Shown: positions 48,602 through 58,858, numbered from the stretch's first letter. The stretch: 64,000 bases of DNA from Clostridiaceae bacterium (GCA_034927345.1 JAYFQE010000016.1:41472-105471); one strand, 5' to 3'. Notes: generated by a model not told the origin, from the letters alone. Numbers and translations are program-made.

Positions 48602-49855
48602 ATGCGTGTTCTGATTGTTGGCGGTGGCGGAAGGGAACATGCCATTGCCTGGAAATTAAAACAAAGTCCCCGAATCAGCAAGCTCTATTGTGCGCCGGGC
48701 AATGCCGGTATCGCCGGTATTGCCGAGCTGGTTCCGATCAAGGCTGCCGATATCGACGGTTTGGTCTGTTTTGCGCGAAGCGAGCAGATCGATCTGGTTT
48801 TTGTGGCTCCGGACGATCCCCTGGCGCTTGGTCTGGTTGACGCTTTGGAACAGGAAGGGATCCGTGCTTTCGGTCCTCGTAAAAATGCGGCGATACTGGA
48901 GGCAAGCAAGTCTTTTTCCAAAGATCTGATGCGCCGTTATCGGATTCCCACTGCCGATTATCAGGTATTTACCGACCAGGCTGAAGCTCTGGCTTATATT
49001 GAACAAGCGGATGTCCCAATCGTTGTCAAAGCCGACGGCCTGGCCCTCGGAAAGGGCGTTGTGATCGCCCAAAACCGCGAAGAAGCCGGCCAGGCCATTA
49101 GAGCCATGATGTCCGGCAGCGCTTTTGGCAAAGCCGGTCAGAGGGTTGTCATTGAGTCTTATCTGACCGGACCTGAATTGACGGTGCTGGCTTTTACCGA
49201 TGGCTATACCATACGCCCCATGGTGACATCCCGGGATCATAAGCGGGCGCTGGACGGGGATCGCGGCCTGAATACCGGCGGCATGGGCGCCATAGCGCCC
49301 GGAGCTGATTTGGATCCGGCTGTCTGGGCTGAAATGAACGACAAGATATTCCAGCCGACAATCGACGCTATGCGGATCGAAAATCGCCTGTTTCAGGGCG
49401 TGCTGTATTTCGGTTTGATGTTAACGCCGCAAGGTCCGAAAGTCATTGAATATAACGCGCGCTTTGGCGATCCGGAAGCTCAGGCCGTTCTGCCGCTTCT
49501 GGACACGGATTTGCTGGATATCATCGAAGCGATTCTGGACAGCCGGCTCAGCCAATTGGAGATTCGTTGGAAAAAGGCCTGTTCTTGCTGCCTGGTTTTA
49601 GCATCCGGCGGTTATCCGGAATCTTACGCAACCGGCTATCCCATCAGCGGCCTGGACAAAATTCCGGACGGCTGCCTGGTTTTCCATGCCGGAACCCGGC
49701 TGAAAGACGGCCGGATCGTTACAGCCGGCGGCCGGGTGCTCGGTCTCACTGTTGTAGCGCCGACCCTGACTGAAGCGATCAGCGGGGTTTATGCGGCGGC
49801 TGAGCATGTTTCCTTCGAAAACATGCATTATCGTCGGGATATCGGGAGAACATAA
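48602..49855 (+). CDS. purD: Phosphoribosylamine--glycine ligase
   Basis: GGGGREHA, KADGLA.GKGV, NTGGMG and EYNARFGDPE. Confidence 0.95.
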   Translation: MRVLIVGGGGREHAIAWKLKQSPRISKLYCAPGNAGIAGIAELVPIKAADIDGLVCFARSEQIDLVFVAPDDPLALGLVDALEQEGIRAFGPRKNAAILEASKSFSKDLMRRYRIPTADYQVFTDQAEALAYIEQADVPIVVKADGLALGKGVVIAQNREEAGQAIRAMMSGSAFGKAGQRVVIESYLTGPELTVLAFTDGYTIRPMVTSRDHKRALDGDRGLNTGGMGAIAPGADLDPAVWAEMNDKIFQPTIDAMRIENRLFQGVLYFGLMLTPQGPKVIEYNARFGDPEAQAVLPLLDTDLLDIIEAILDSRLSQLEIRWKKACSCCLVLASGGYPESYATGYPISGLDKIPDGCLVFHAGTRLKDGRIVTAGGRVLGLTVVAPTLTEAISGVYAAAEHVSFENMHYRRDIGRT

Positions 49856-51048
49856 TGCGAATCGGCCTCTGCGGCGGTACATTCGATCCTTTGCATAACG
49901 GACATGTGGCCTTGATCCGCGCTGCGTTGACCAGCGGCTATGTCGACCGGATTCTGGTCATGCCGTCAGGCAAACCGCCGCACAAATCGATGGCGCTGGT
50001 ATCCATGGCCCGTTATCGCTACGAAATGGCTGTCCGCGCTTTTGCCGGCGACGACCGGATCAAAGTGTCGGATCTGGAAATAGTGCATCCGGGGCCATCC
50101 TACACATTGAATACGATTCAACAGTTGCGTGCGATGATGCCGCCGGATGACGAACTTTATCTGATTTATGGATCTGATGTGCTGAAAGATATCGGCCATT
50201 GGCATGAACCTGCTGCTATTCTGGCGGCTTGTCCCTTGTTGTTGGCTGATCGCGGCGGTTATCCGGATCAGATGAGCCGCAGCCTGGCAGAGAAACTGAC
50301 AACGACGTATGGCGCACGAATCCGGTTTTTTCCTGCTCCCTCGATAAAATTATCCGGGACAAGAATCCGGGCTGCTGCTGCAGCAGGCGAACCTTTGACC
50401 GAATGGGTTCCGGAAACCGTTGAACGGCTGATCCGTAAGCACGGCATTTATAGCTGGCAGTCAGATCTTGAAACACTGGATCCGGTATACCGCTCATATC
50501 TTCAGGATTTGGAACAGCAGCTATGGCCGCTTCTGACCGGCAAACGGCTTTTACATTCCTTGAATGTGATGAATTATGCTCTGCATTTAGCGCGCCTTCA
50601 TCACGCCCCGTTGGAAGACACCGGCACGGCTGCTTTATTACATGATTGCGCCAAGTGTCTGCCGGTCAATGAGCAATTGGGTCTGGCCCGCAGAACAGGC
50701 GATGAAGCTTTACTGGATCCGGCCCTGGCCCATGGCCCGGCCGGAGCCTGGATGGCCAGAAACCAATTTGGTATCGATAATCCGGTTATTTTAAATGCTA
50801 TCCATTATCATACGACGGGCTGCGCGCGGATGTCCCTTGTCGATAAAATTATTTTTATCGCCGATAAAGTCGAACCAGCCCGGACTTATGAACATTTAGC
50901 TCAAATCAGACGGCTGGCTGAATACGATCTGGACCGGTCACTTTTGATATGCATGCAGGAAATCGGCTCTTTCCTGGATCGCGAGAATCTGCCGCGACAT
51001 CCCTATACGCAGGACGCCCTGAACGATCTCAATAAAGCCAAAACGTGA
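49855..51048 (+). CDS. nadD: NadD nicotinate-nucleotide adenylyltransferase fused to a YqeK-like HD hydrolase
   Basis: GGTFDPLHNGH in the N-terminus; R..HS, LHDCAK, YHTTG and ADKVE in the C-terminus. Confidence 0.88.
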   Translation: MRIGLCGGTFDPLHNGHVALIRAALTSGYVDRILVMPSGKPPHKSMALVSMARYRYEMAVRAFAGDDRIKVSDLEIVHPGPSYTLNTIQQLRAMMPPDDELYLIYGSDVLKDIGHWHEPAAILAACPLLLADRGGYPDQMSRSLAEKLTTTYGARIRFFPAPSIKLSGTRIRAAAAAGEPLTEWVPETVERLIRKHGIYSWQSDLETLDPVYRSYLQDLEQQLWPLLTGKRLLHSLNVMNYALHLARLHHAPLEDTGTAALLHDCAKCLPVNEQLGLARRTGDEALLDPALAHGPAGAWMARNQFGIDNPVILNAIHYHTTGCARMSLVDKIIFIADKVEPARTYEHLAQIRRLAEYDLDRSLLICMQEIGSFLDRENLPRHPYTQDALNDLNKAKT

Positions 51049-51138
51049 TGTTCATACGGCATTTGCGTGAGCCTATGGTATAATTATTCCAGAGGGCTGA
51101 GTAAGAAAACAAAGTCCCGGAAAAAGGAGGATGAACAT

Positions 51139-51471
51139 TTGACCGCTGAACAAACTGCTCTGATCATTCAGGATATTTTATCGGAAAAAAAGGCGAACGA
51201 TATCGAGATCATCGATCTTGAAGGAAAAACCATCCTGGCTGACCGTTTTGTGATCGCTACCGGAACATCGGTCACACATATCAAGGCGCTGGCCGGTGAA
51301 GTCGAAGAAGTGATGAAAACAAAACACCAGCGGGCGCCCGCACATATAGAAGGCTATCAATCAGGCCGCTGGATTCTGATGGATTATGCCGATGTTGTTG
51401 TCCATATCTTTCACGCTGAAGACCGTTCATTTTATAATCTGGAAAAGTTGTGGCAAACCGGACGCGTATAA
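51139..51471 (+). CDS. rsfS: Ribosome silencing factor
   Basis: KKA.DI, FVIATG and WILMDY.DVVVHIF..FYNLEKLW; TTG start after AGGAGG. Confidence 0.92.
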   Translation: MTAEQTALIIQDILSEKKANDIEIIDLEGKTILADRFVIATGTSVTHIKALAGEVEEVMKTKHQRAPAHIEGYQSGRWILMDYADVVVHIFHAEDRSFYNLEKLWQTGRV

Positions 51472-51598
51472 AGCGTCATTAATCAGGTTTTGTCATATTT
51501 TGTCGGTAAGAAGAGGATGTTTTACTTCCTCTTCTTATTTTATACTGGCTCATATTACAACCGGTTGAAGAATAAATCGTCGGGAAACGGGTAGGGTT

Positions 51599-52315
51599 AT
51601 GCAAAAGAAGGAAAGGGAAGCAGAGCTTCAGCCGCAGGAGAAAAGCAGCAGGAAAAAAGTAACGTTGGCTCTGCTGCTGACCGGTCTGGCGGTCCTTGGC
51701 TCTTTGATCTGGGATTTGTCCACAACAAAACAGGAAGATTCCTATATCATCCAAACAACCGAAAGTAACGGGGAAACCCTCAGCAATGCTGCTGACGTAA
51801 CCGGTCCGTCTGTGAAAAATCCGGCAAGTGAAACCGATCCGCTCATCGGTACACTGGCGGTCAATCAGGACTCCATACCGGTCTATTTGGTTGGCGCAGT
51901 ACGACAGCCTGGTATCTATCAGATCAAGAAGGGAACTTACCTTTATCAGCTGGTCGAGCAAGCAGGCGGACTGACGGATGATGCGGCAAAGGACCGGATT
52001 AACCTGGCCATGCGTTTGGATGCCAATCAGCTGATCCGGATACCAACTCAGACGGAGGCAGATAACGGTCTTGTTCCGATACCGGATGAATCGACAACGG
52101 TCGGCCAAAAAACCTGTGTAAATATCAATCAGGCCACATTGGAACAATTAGACCAGCTGCCGGGCATTGGCCCGTCGACAGCTCAGGCGATTATCGCTTA
52201 TCGAGAAAAAAACGGCCCTTTCCAAAATACGGAGGATCTGATGAAGATTCCCGGTATCAAGGAGAGCCGTTATGAAGCGCTAAAGGACTTAATTTGTATT
52301 AATGGCCAGACATAG
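51599..52315 (+). CDS. comEA: Competence protein ComEA
   Basis: TM segment, SLBB domain (GAV..PG.Y..AGG) and HhH motif LPGIGP. Confidence 0.88.
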   Translation: MQKKEREAELQPQEKSSRKKVTLALLLTGLAVLGSLIWDLSTTKQEDSYIIQTTESNGETLSNAADVTGPSVKNPASETDPLIGTLAVNQDSIPVYLVGAVRQPGIYQIKKGTYLYQLVEQAGGLTDDAAKDRINLAMRLDANQLIRIPTQTEADNGLVPIPDESTTVGQKTCVNINQATLEQLDQLPGIGPSTAQAIIAYREKNGPFQNTEDLMKIPGIKESRYEALKDLICINGQT

Positions 52316-53222
52316 ACAGGTTTCCGGAAGTGGTACTGACATCCAGGCTTGTTCCACCCTGGCCCAGTGTGCCCGATACTTTACGCTTGTTGTCTTTGGT
52401 ATCGGAAAAGGTTAATCCGTTTTGAGTAAAATCGCCGGAAATGGTTGTATATTCAAGCTCACAGTTAGTATTTTGGGGTAGATCCAGGTTTATATCGCCG
52501 GAAATGGTATTGAGTTTGCACGCCTGAAATACGTTATAGTTAATGTTGATTTCTGAAGAAGTGGTCTGTCCGTTTATTTTACAATCGGCTTTGTTGATAA
52601 CGATATTTCCCGATACACTGGAAAAATTCAGATTATCCATATCTGCACGCGCTAGGGTTAATTCACCGGATACTCCGCTGAAACGAAATGTATTCCATTG
52701 GCAGGCCATATCATCCGGCAGAACACAAGATCCTGATACAGCATTGACACGGACATTTCCGGTATAGGATGCGGGAATCTGCACGATAAATGCCAAATCA
52801 CCGGATAATAAACCAAATCGTGGATAACGGGTATGGATTTTTAAAATGCCATCTTGCTTTTCGGTTATCCAGGCTATCGATTGTGAAAATGAATGATAGG
52901 ATCCTTTTAGTTGGGCATAAGCGCGATCGCCGGCAGTCAGGAGCCGGACCTGTTCGGATACCGCCGTTATTTCGACTGTGTTGATGCCTTCCAGATCAAG
53001 ATCCCGGGTTTCATCGATGCTGAGTTGATTACCCAGATTGTTTACATGATCCCAGATAGGATTATCTTGCAGCCAAGTGCCTATCTGATTTTGCCAGGCA
53101 GTCTGATCCGTTAAATTAGACCAGCCGATCGTACGTATTGTCAGCAAAACACCGGCTGTTGAACAAGCGATAAAAACGACAAAGCAAATGACAATAATAA
53201 TAATAAGCCCGGTTTTTTTCAT
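52299..53222 (-). CDS. DUF4097 beta-repeat (adhesin-like) membrane protein
   Basis: N-terminal TM segment; repeated (T/S)xSG(D/E/N) units. Confidence 0.8.
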   Translation of the reverse strand: MKKTGLIIIIVICFVVFIACSTAGVLLTIRTIGWSNLTDQTAWQNQIGTWLQDNPIWDHVNNLGNQLSIDETRDLDLEGINTVEITAVSEQVRLLTAGDRAYAQLKGSYHSFSQSIAWITEKQDGILKIHTRYPRFGLLSGDLAFIVQIPASYTGNVRVNAVSGSCVLPDDMACQWNTFRFSGVSGELTLARADMDNLNFSSVSGNIVINKADCKINGQTTSSEININYNVFQACKLNTISGDINLDLPQNTNCELEYTTISGDFTQNGLTFSDTKDNKRKVSGTLGQGGTSLDVSTTSGNLSMSGH

Positions 53223-53965
53223 ACAGATGTACCTCCCCGGACCAGACGGCGATTCCATCGAATGTAGGCGCCAAGTCCCATGATCAGCCATTTAGTCAGA
53301 TATACCATAAAAATTACAGCAAGAATTGACAAAGCTGTTAAGGATAGAGCGAATAATAGTAAAATTAAACTGGTCATGCCGGCTTTTAGTATGGCAACGG
53401 CAAAAAGGACGCAAGCTGCAACGCCAATGCTGCCGGCAGCTACCCAAAAACCGAATAAGATACTGAAAATGCTGATCCAAAGCGGAATACCGAAAAACAG
53501 ATTTAACAGAATCACGGCCGCCAGGGCGCCGCCGGATACTGTCGTCTGTTCAGCGGCTTGAAATGGCTTATTCGAGGCGGCCGACTGGTTTGTTGAAGCC
53601 GAAGATGCAGCTGAATGTGTTGGCGCCGTAGCCGTTGGCGCCGCAGCCGTTGGCGCGGCAGCGGGAGCGGCCGGTTGGCCATCTTGTCGGCGCCAGATTT
53701 GTTCGCGTGATGAAAAATCAAGGGGAGCAGAGGACTTCGCTTTGGCAGTCGCCGGGTTACCGGATCCAACAGGTGATTCATCGATATATTGTTGGGCGAT
53801 ATCGTCCGGATTACCCAGTTCAGCGGCAATTTCTATTTCCGTCTTGCCTCGGGACAGGCCATTAGTAAAATGGTCTTCAAAATCAGCAAGAATTTCAGCG
53901 ACTGCAGCCGGACCCAGGCATCTGAGTTTATTTTGTAAGATCTGCATAAACTGATCCTTATTCAT
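53219..53965 (-). CDS. DUF1700/HAAS-domain membrane protein
   Basis: MNK.QF..L..EIL.DFEDHF..G..E.EI..LG.P..IA; A/P/T linker; C-terminal TM segments. Confidence 0.85.
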   Translation of the reverse strand: MNKDQFMQILQNKLRCLGPAAVAEILADFEDHFTNGLSRGKTEIEIAAELGNPDDIAQQYIDESPVGSGNPATAKAKSSAPLDFSSREQIWRRQDGQPAAPAAAPTAAAPTATAPTHSAASSASTNQSAASNKPFQAAEQTTVSGGALAAVILLNLFFGIPLWISIFSILFGFWVAAGSIGVAACVLFAVAILKAGMTSLILLLFALSLTALSILAVIFMVYLTKWLIMGLGAYIRWNRRLVRGGTSV

Positions 53966-54279
53966 GACTGCATTCCCCCCATGATTTTATTGACATGCTG
54001 AGCAAATTGCATCCATTCAACCTGTAAAGTATGCTGCGTTTGACGGCCGGCCTGCGTTATCGCGTAATACTTACGCGGCGGTCCGCCAGAAGACTCCTGG
54101 AGATAGGTGGTTACCTGACCGTCTGCAGCCAGTTTGCGTAAAATCGGGTAGATGGTTCCGTCGGCGATTTGAATCAATTCAGAAAGCGTGCTGGCCAGTT
54201 CATAGCCATATTGGTCTTGTTGCGTCAGCATAGACAATACGCATAGTTCAAGGACGCCCTTTTTGAACTGTATATTCAT
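53962..54279 (-). CDS. PadR-family regulator
   Basis: QFKKGVLELCVL, YGYE, GTIYP and RKYY.IT. Confidence 0.92.
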   Translation of the reverse strand: MNIQFKKGVLELCVLSMLTQQDQYGYELASTLSELIQIADGTIYPILRKLAADGQVTTYLQESSGGPPRKYYAITQAGRQTQHTLQVEWMQFAQHVNKIMGGMQS

Positions 54280-54351
54280 CGTATCACCTTGCTTTCCTAC
54301 ATCTTTTCATGAGTCCGGCATGTACTGAACAAAAATTAGAATTAAATATGC

Positions 54352-54380
54352 ATCAGTACAGAACATTGTTCAGTACTGAT
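54352..54380. promoter_or_regulatory. Probable PadR autoregulatory operator
   Basis: Near-perfect palindrome ATCAGTACAGAACATTGTTCAGTACTGAT; half-site GTACTGAACA repeated near 54322. Confidence 0.65.
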
Positions 54381-54529
54381 CATAGATCAGTTTAATAGCC
54401 CTGTCAAGAAAGATTTAGCATCACATTTCATTTGTTTGCCCACTGTTTGGATTTACAACGGGGATGAGATCGATTATGATTAAAAGGAATGTTATAAAGC
54501 CAATTACAGACTTGAATGGAGGAATAATA

Positions 54530-56299
54530 ATGCCCAATTTTGATGACGGAGCTTATCGGAGCACATTCCGTCATACGACAGCCCATATCCTGGCGCAAGC
54601 TGTTAAACGTCTATATCCGGAAGTAAATCTGGCGATCGGGCCGGCGATTGATACGGGATTTTATTACGATTTTGACCGTGCGACCGCTTTTACACCCGAA
54701 GAACTAAGCAAGATTGAAGACGAGATGAAACGTATTGTCAAGGAGCATCTTCCTGTCGAGCGTTTTGAATTGCCGCGCGAACAGGCGCGCCGGTTGATGG
54801 CGGAGAAAAATGAACCTTATAAAGTCGAATTGATCGACGATCTGCCGGCTGATGCGATTATTTCCTTTTATCGGCAAGGAGATTTTGTTGATCTGTGCGC
54901 CGGACCGCATTTAGACAACACTTCAGAAGTTAAGGCGTTCAAGCTGACACAGGTTGCCGGGGCTTATTGGCGCGGCAGTGAAAAGAACAAAATGTTGCAG
55001 CGGATTTACGGTACCAGTTTTCCTGACAAACAGCAATTGAAAGAGTTTCTTGATCAGCAAGAAGAGGCTAAAAAACGTGATCATAATAAACTTGGCCGCG
55101 AATTAGGCTTTTTCACGACTGTCGATTATATTGGACAGGGTCTGCCGATCATGCTGCCCAAAGGCGCGCGTGTTATTCAGTTATTGCAGCGCTTTGTCGA
55201 AGATGAAGAAGAACGCCGCGGTTATTTGCTGACCAAAACGCCCTTTATGGCTAAATCGGATTTGTATAAAATATCCGGACACTGGGATCATTATCGTGAA
55301 AGCATGTTTATCCTTGGCGATCCGGAAAAAGCGGATCAGGAAGAAGTGCTGGCGCTGCGGCCGATGACCTGCCCGTTCCAGTTCCAGGCTTATTTGACCA
55401 AGACAAGAAGTTATCGGGATCTGCCGATCCGCTATGGCGAGACGTCAACATTATTTCGCAATGAAGCATCCGGTGAAATGCACGGTTTGATCCGTATCCG
55501 CCAATTTACCATCTCCGAAGGCCATTTGATTGTAGCTCCGGACCAGTTGGAGCAAGAATTCCGCGGATGTCTGGATCTGGCGCAGTTTATGCTTAAAGCC
55601 GTCGGCCTTGATGACGATGTCAGTTACCGTTTCTCAAAATGGGATCCGGCTGATCAGGAAAAGTACATTGGATCGGCGGATCAATGGGATACTGTCCAAA
55701 ATACCATGCAGGATATCCTGGACAATATGGGATTGAGTTATCGGGTCGGCATTGGCGAAGCCGCTTTCTATGGCCCTAAACTCGATATCCAGATAAAAAA
55801 TGTCTTTGGGAAAGAAGATACGCTGATAACGATTCAAATCGATTTTCAGCTGGCCGAACGCTTCGGTATGGAGTATACCGATCGCGATGGCCAGAAGCGT
55901 TATCCTTACATCATCCACCGGACTTCAATCGGCTGCTATGAGCGGACGTTGGCCTTGCTGATCGAAAAATACGCCGGCGCGCTGCCGCTGTGGATCGCTC
56001 CGGAACAGGCTCGCATCCTGCCGATATCCTCCAAACATCTGGATGCCGCCTATGATATGGCCAAAAGCTTGCGTGAGCAGGGCTTGCGGGTTGAGGTCGA
56101 TGATCGCGATGAAAAAATCGGCAAGAAAATACGCGAAGCGCAAATGGAAAAACTGCATTATATGTTGGTTATCGGCGACCAGGAAGTCGAACAGGGCACT
56201 GTTGCCGTCCGTTCGCGCCTGGATGGCGATCTGGGTGTGATGATGCCCGCCGATTTGGTTGCCCGTTTGAAAAAAGAAGTTGCTGAAAGAAGACATTAA
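54530..56299 (+). CDS. thrS: Threonine--tRNA ligase (no N-terminal TGS domain)
   Basis: HTTAH, DLCAGPH, RDH.KLG, RPMTCP and AFYGPKLD. Confidence 0.95.
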   Translation: MPNFDDGAYRSTFRHTTAHILAQAVKRLYPEVNLAIGPAIDTGFYYDFDRATAFTPEELSKIEDEMKRIVKEHLPVERFELPREQARRLMAEKNEPYKVELIDDLPADAIISFYRQGDFVDLCAGPHLDNTSEVKAFKLTQVAGAYWRGSEKNKMLQRIYGTSFPDKQQLKEFLDQQEEAKKRDHNKLGRELGFFTTVDYIGQGLPIMLPKGARVIQLLQRFVEDEEERRGYLLTKTPFMAKSDLYKISGHWDHYRESMFILGDPEKADQEEVLALRPMTCPFQFQAYLTKTRSYRDLPIRYGETSTLFRNEASGEMHGLIRIRQFTISEGHLIVAPDQLEQEFRGCLDLAQFMLKAVGLDDDVSYRFSKWDPADQEKYIGSADQWDTVQNTMQDILDNMGLSYRVGIGEAAFYGPKLDIQIKNVFGKEDTLITIQIDFQLAERFGMEYTDRDGQKRYPYIIHRTSIGCYERTLALLIEKYAGALPLWIAPEQARILPISSKHLDAAYDMAKSLREQGLRVEVDDRDEKIGKKIREAQMEKLHYMLVIGDQEVEQGTVAVRSRLDGDLGVMMPADLVARLKKEVAERRH

Positions 56300-56463
56300 C
56301 CGAATTTAAAGAACCAAATCGAAAATGCTCACGGTTGTGCCGGCTGAGGACTACTAAGCTCCAAAACCGCAACACAACCGTGAGATCCTATCCATACCGT
56401 ATTGTGCGTTACTTAAAATTGCTTCTTGTATTTCGCTGAAAATTACTTTTTAGGCAAATTCTC

Positions 56464-56492
56464 TTGACACTGAACGGTTATATCAGTACAAT
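56464..56492 (+). promoter_or_regulatory. Sigma-A promoter of the tRNA gene
   Basis: TTGACA-17 nt-TACAAT. Confidence 0.8.
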
Positions 56493-56504
56493 AGTCAAGG
56501 CCGG

Positions 56505-56580
56505 CGGGGTGTGGCTCAGGTGGTAGAGCGCTTGGTTCGGGACCAAGAGGCCGGAGGTTCAAGTCCTCTCACTCCGACCA
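56505..56580 (+). tRNA. tRNA-Pro (anticodon CGG)
   Basis: Cloverleaf: CGGGGTG/CACTCCG acceptor stem, CTTGG-TTCGGGA-CCAAG anticodon arm, TTCAA T-loop, encoded CCA. Confidence 0.96.
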
Positions 56581-56583
56581 ATG

Positions 56584-56618
56584 TCAGAGTCGTCGAATGT
56601 GACGACTCTGATTTTTTT
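56584..56618 (+). terminator. Intrinsic terminator after tRNA-Pro
   Basis: tcagagtcgtc/gacgactctga followed by T7. Confidence 0.85.
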
Positions 56619-56674
56619 CTTTTATTTTCTTCGTTTTGCGCTCATGTGTATCTTTTTATGGATGTTCCAGACAT

Positions 56675-58150
56675 TCATAAATTCTGTTTATTTCCCATAA
56701 TCATATTGACAACATTGACCGCCGAGTCAACAGCTTGATTGGTGCCCATACCGAAGCCTCCGGCATCATTTCCGACATAATACAGATTCCTTATCGGAGA
56801 TACGGGGCTGGGACGTTGATCCCCCGATTGACCGACGGAGTTTGCCACACCGTATGCTTCGCCGCCGGTTGTTAACCCCATCCTGTCCGTGCCTGCCGCC
56901 GCACTCTGCATGGGTGTCATCAGTTCGGCACGGTATATATGATCAAAAAGGTCTGGCTGGATTTTACGTGCAATGCTCTCGACATAGTCAAGATGCGGCT
57001 GGACGTCAAGCTCCGGATTCGGGTAGCAGGACATGACCGCGTAAACAAGTTGTTTGCCATGGGGTGCAGTGTTTGGATACAGGGAGGTCGTTCCAAGGTA
57101 AACATAGTTATGAAATTCCTTGCCTTTGCCCTCCGATTTAGCCTTGAATTCCTCATAAGTATCCAGGCCGCCTTCTGGGAAAACCACAATCATCGGACTT
57201 TTAAGAACGGGCGCGTCAAGGAACCACCTGAAGCCGACGCATGCCAGATTCGGTTCCAAGGATTTTATCCGATCGACATATGCACGTGTAAATTTGTCTT
57301 CTCCCACCAGATTGAGAACGGTCTGACGGATACCCGCATCGCTGAGCACAAGGTCGGCTATATACGCTTCTCCGTTTTCTAAGGTAATCCCCTTGGCGAC
57401 GCCGCCTTCAACGTCAATGCTCTTTACCCGCGTGTTAAAAAGCACCGTTCCGCCAAATTCCTTTACAACATCGGCGTAGACTTCAAAAACGCGACCGAAG
57501 CCGTATTCGTAATAGCGTCCCGTCCCTTGCTCTGCAGCTTGTCTGGCGAACCGGATGAGCTCCGATGCCGGAACCTTATCAGAGGTCATTTCAAACGCGC
57601 CCTCGCATTGATAGAGCAAATACGTGCGGAACAAGCCCGGGAAGGGGCCGTAACCGTCAACGAATTCTGCTGCGGAGGTCATGGAAAGCTTTCTTATTTC
57701 AGCTTCAGGCATTTCCATAATATATTTGAACAATTTTTTCACTCGGCTCAAACCTGCCAGATGCTTAGGATTAAAGAGTGAGATTCGCAGGGAACGGAGC
57801 GTCTTTGCATCTATCCCGCCCATTTCATTGGCAAGTACCTTACCCTTGGCGTCCATCATATACATCATGTCCACTAAGCCTAAAGTTTTGGGGATGACAC
57901 GCTTAATTTCTTTTTCCTTGCCGATTTTTAAGAGAACATGATCCATCTGAGCTCCCTCGGCAGGGCAGCCGTTGATTGGGAACAGCTCATAATGGAAGCC
58001 TTCTTCATCATGTATCGTCATCATCCGGCCGCCTGCGGATTTGTTCTTGTCGACCAGCAGAACCTTTTTACCTGCCTTTGCCAGAAGCGCGGCAGCTGCG
58101 CTTCCTCCTGGACCGGCGCCAACAATAATGACATCATAGTGTCTATTCAC
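56675..58150 (-). CDS. Phytoene desaturase-like FAD-dependent oxidoreductase
   Basis: DVIIVGAGPGG..GGR and C-terminal NLYYVG; GTG start after GGAAGG. Confidence 0.8.
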   Translation of the reverse strand: MNRHYDVIIVGAGPGGSAAAALLAKAGKKVLLVDKNKSAGGRMMTIHDEEGFHYELFPINGCPAEGAQMDHVLLKIGKEKEIKRVIPKTLGLVDMMYMMDAKGKVLANEMGGIDAKTLRSLRISLFNPKHLAGLSRVKKLFKYIMEMPEAEIRKLSMTSAAEFVDGYGPFPGLFRTYLLYQCEGAFEMTSDKVPASELIRFARQAAEQGTGRYYEYGFGRVFEVYADVVKEFGGTVLFNTRVKSIDVEGGVAKGITLENGEAYIADLVLSDAGIRQTVLNLVGEDKFTRAYVDRIKSLEPNLACVGFRWFLDAPVLKSPMIVVFPEGGLDTYEEFKAKSEGKGKEFHNYVYLGTTSLYPNTAPHGKQLVYAVMSCYPNPELDVQPHLDYVESIARKIQPDLFDHIYRAELMTPMQSAAAGTDRMGLTTGGEAYGVANSVGQSGDQRPSPVSPIRNLYYVGNDAGGFGMGTNQAVDSAVNVVNMIMGNKQNL

Positions 58151-58303
58151 AAGATTCCTTCCTTCCTGAAACTCTTGTTCATAATTGTGTAACGCTTGCA
58201 TCATGATACACTTGTAACATGTGCTGTTGTGTGTTATTATAAAGTAATAATTGATAAAAACAAGACTTGCAGTTTAAGTTAGACAAATGGGAGACGGTGT
58301 AAC

Positions 58304-58858
58304 ATGTACGCCACAAATGATAACTTACAGGCTATCGAATCCCGTAACAGAATCACGGAAGCTATGCTTTCTTTGATGAAGCGGGATGACTATAAGAACA
58401 TTACAATCACCCAGATCTGTCAGGAAGCACAGATTGTGCGGCAGACATATTACAGAAATTTCGATTCAAAAGACGACATCATAAAGTTATATCTGGACCA
58501 TATGATTCAACAGTATTTGGCAGACTACTATAAAACGACAAGCGTTCATACTCAGTTGAGAGATTTTTTCGCCTTTATGCTGCAAAGCAGAGAATTTTTA
58601 CATTCAGTTGCAGATAACAGTTTATTCTATATGATTGATGAAACGATTTCGATTAATATCGAGAAATTCATAAATTTTCAACAAATAACGGCAATAGAAG
58701 AGCCGAAACTGGAAAAATACGTAACCGGCTTTGTTTCTTCGACAATATGCTCCCTGCTTTCTTTGTGGGTGGATAATGAATTTGCCGAATCGCCTGAAAT
58801 GCTTTCACAGCTGGCACAAAGGTTTCTCGGGGGATTGGGAGGAGTCATATCATGTTAA
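58304..58858 (+). CDS. TetR/AcrR-family regulator
   Basis: ITITQIC.EA.IVRQTYYRNF.SKDD. Confidence 0.88.
   Translation: MYATNDNLQAIESRNRITEAMLSLMKRDDYKNITITQICQEAQIVRQTYYRNFDSKDDIIKLYLDHMIQQYLADYYKTTSVHTQLRDFFAFMLQSREFLHSVADNSLFYMIDETISINIEKFINFQQITAIEEPKLEKYVTGFVSSTICSLLSLWVDNEFAESPEMLSQLAQRFLGGLGGVISC

Noticed and set aside
53615..53670. 15-bp tandem repeat in the DUF1700 gene
   Set aside because: It encodes an ordinary Ala/Pro/Thr linker.
56350..56368. GCTCCAAAAC resembling a type II CRISPR repeat end, and nearby CTGAGGA resembling a hammerhead core
   Set aside because: Single copy with no spacers or cas genes; the hammerhead GAAA element is absent.
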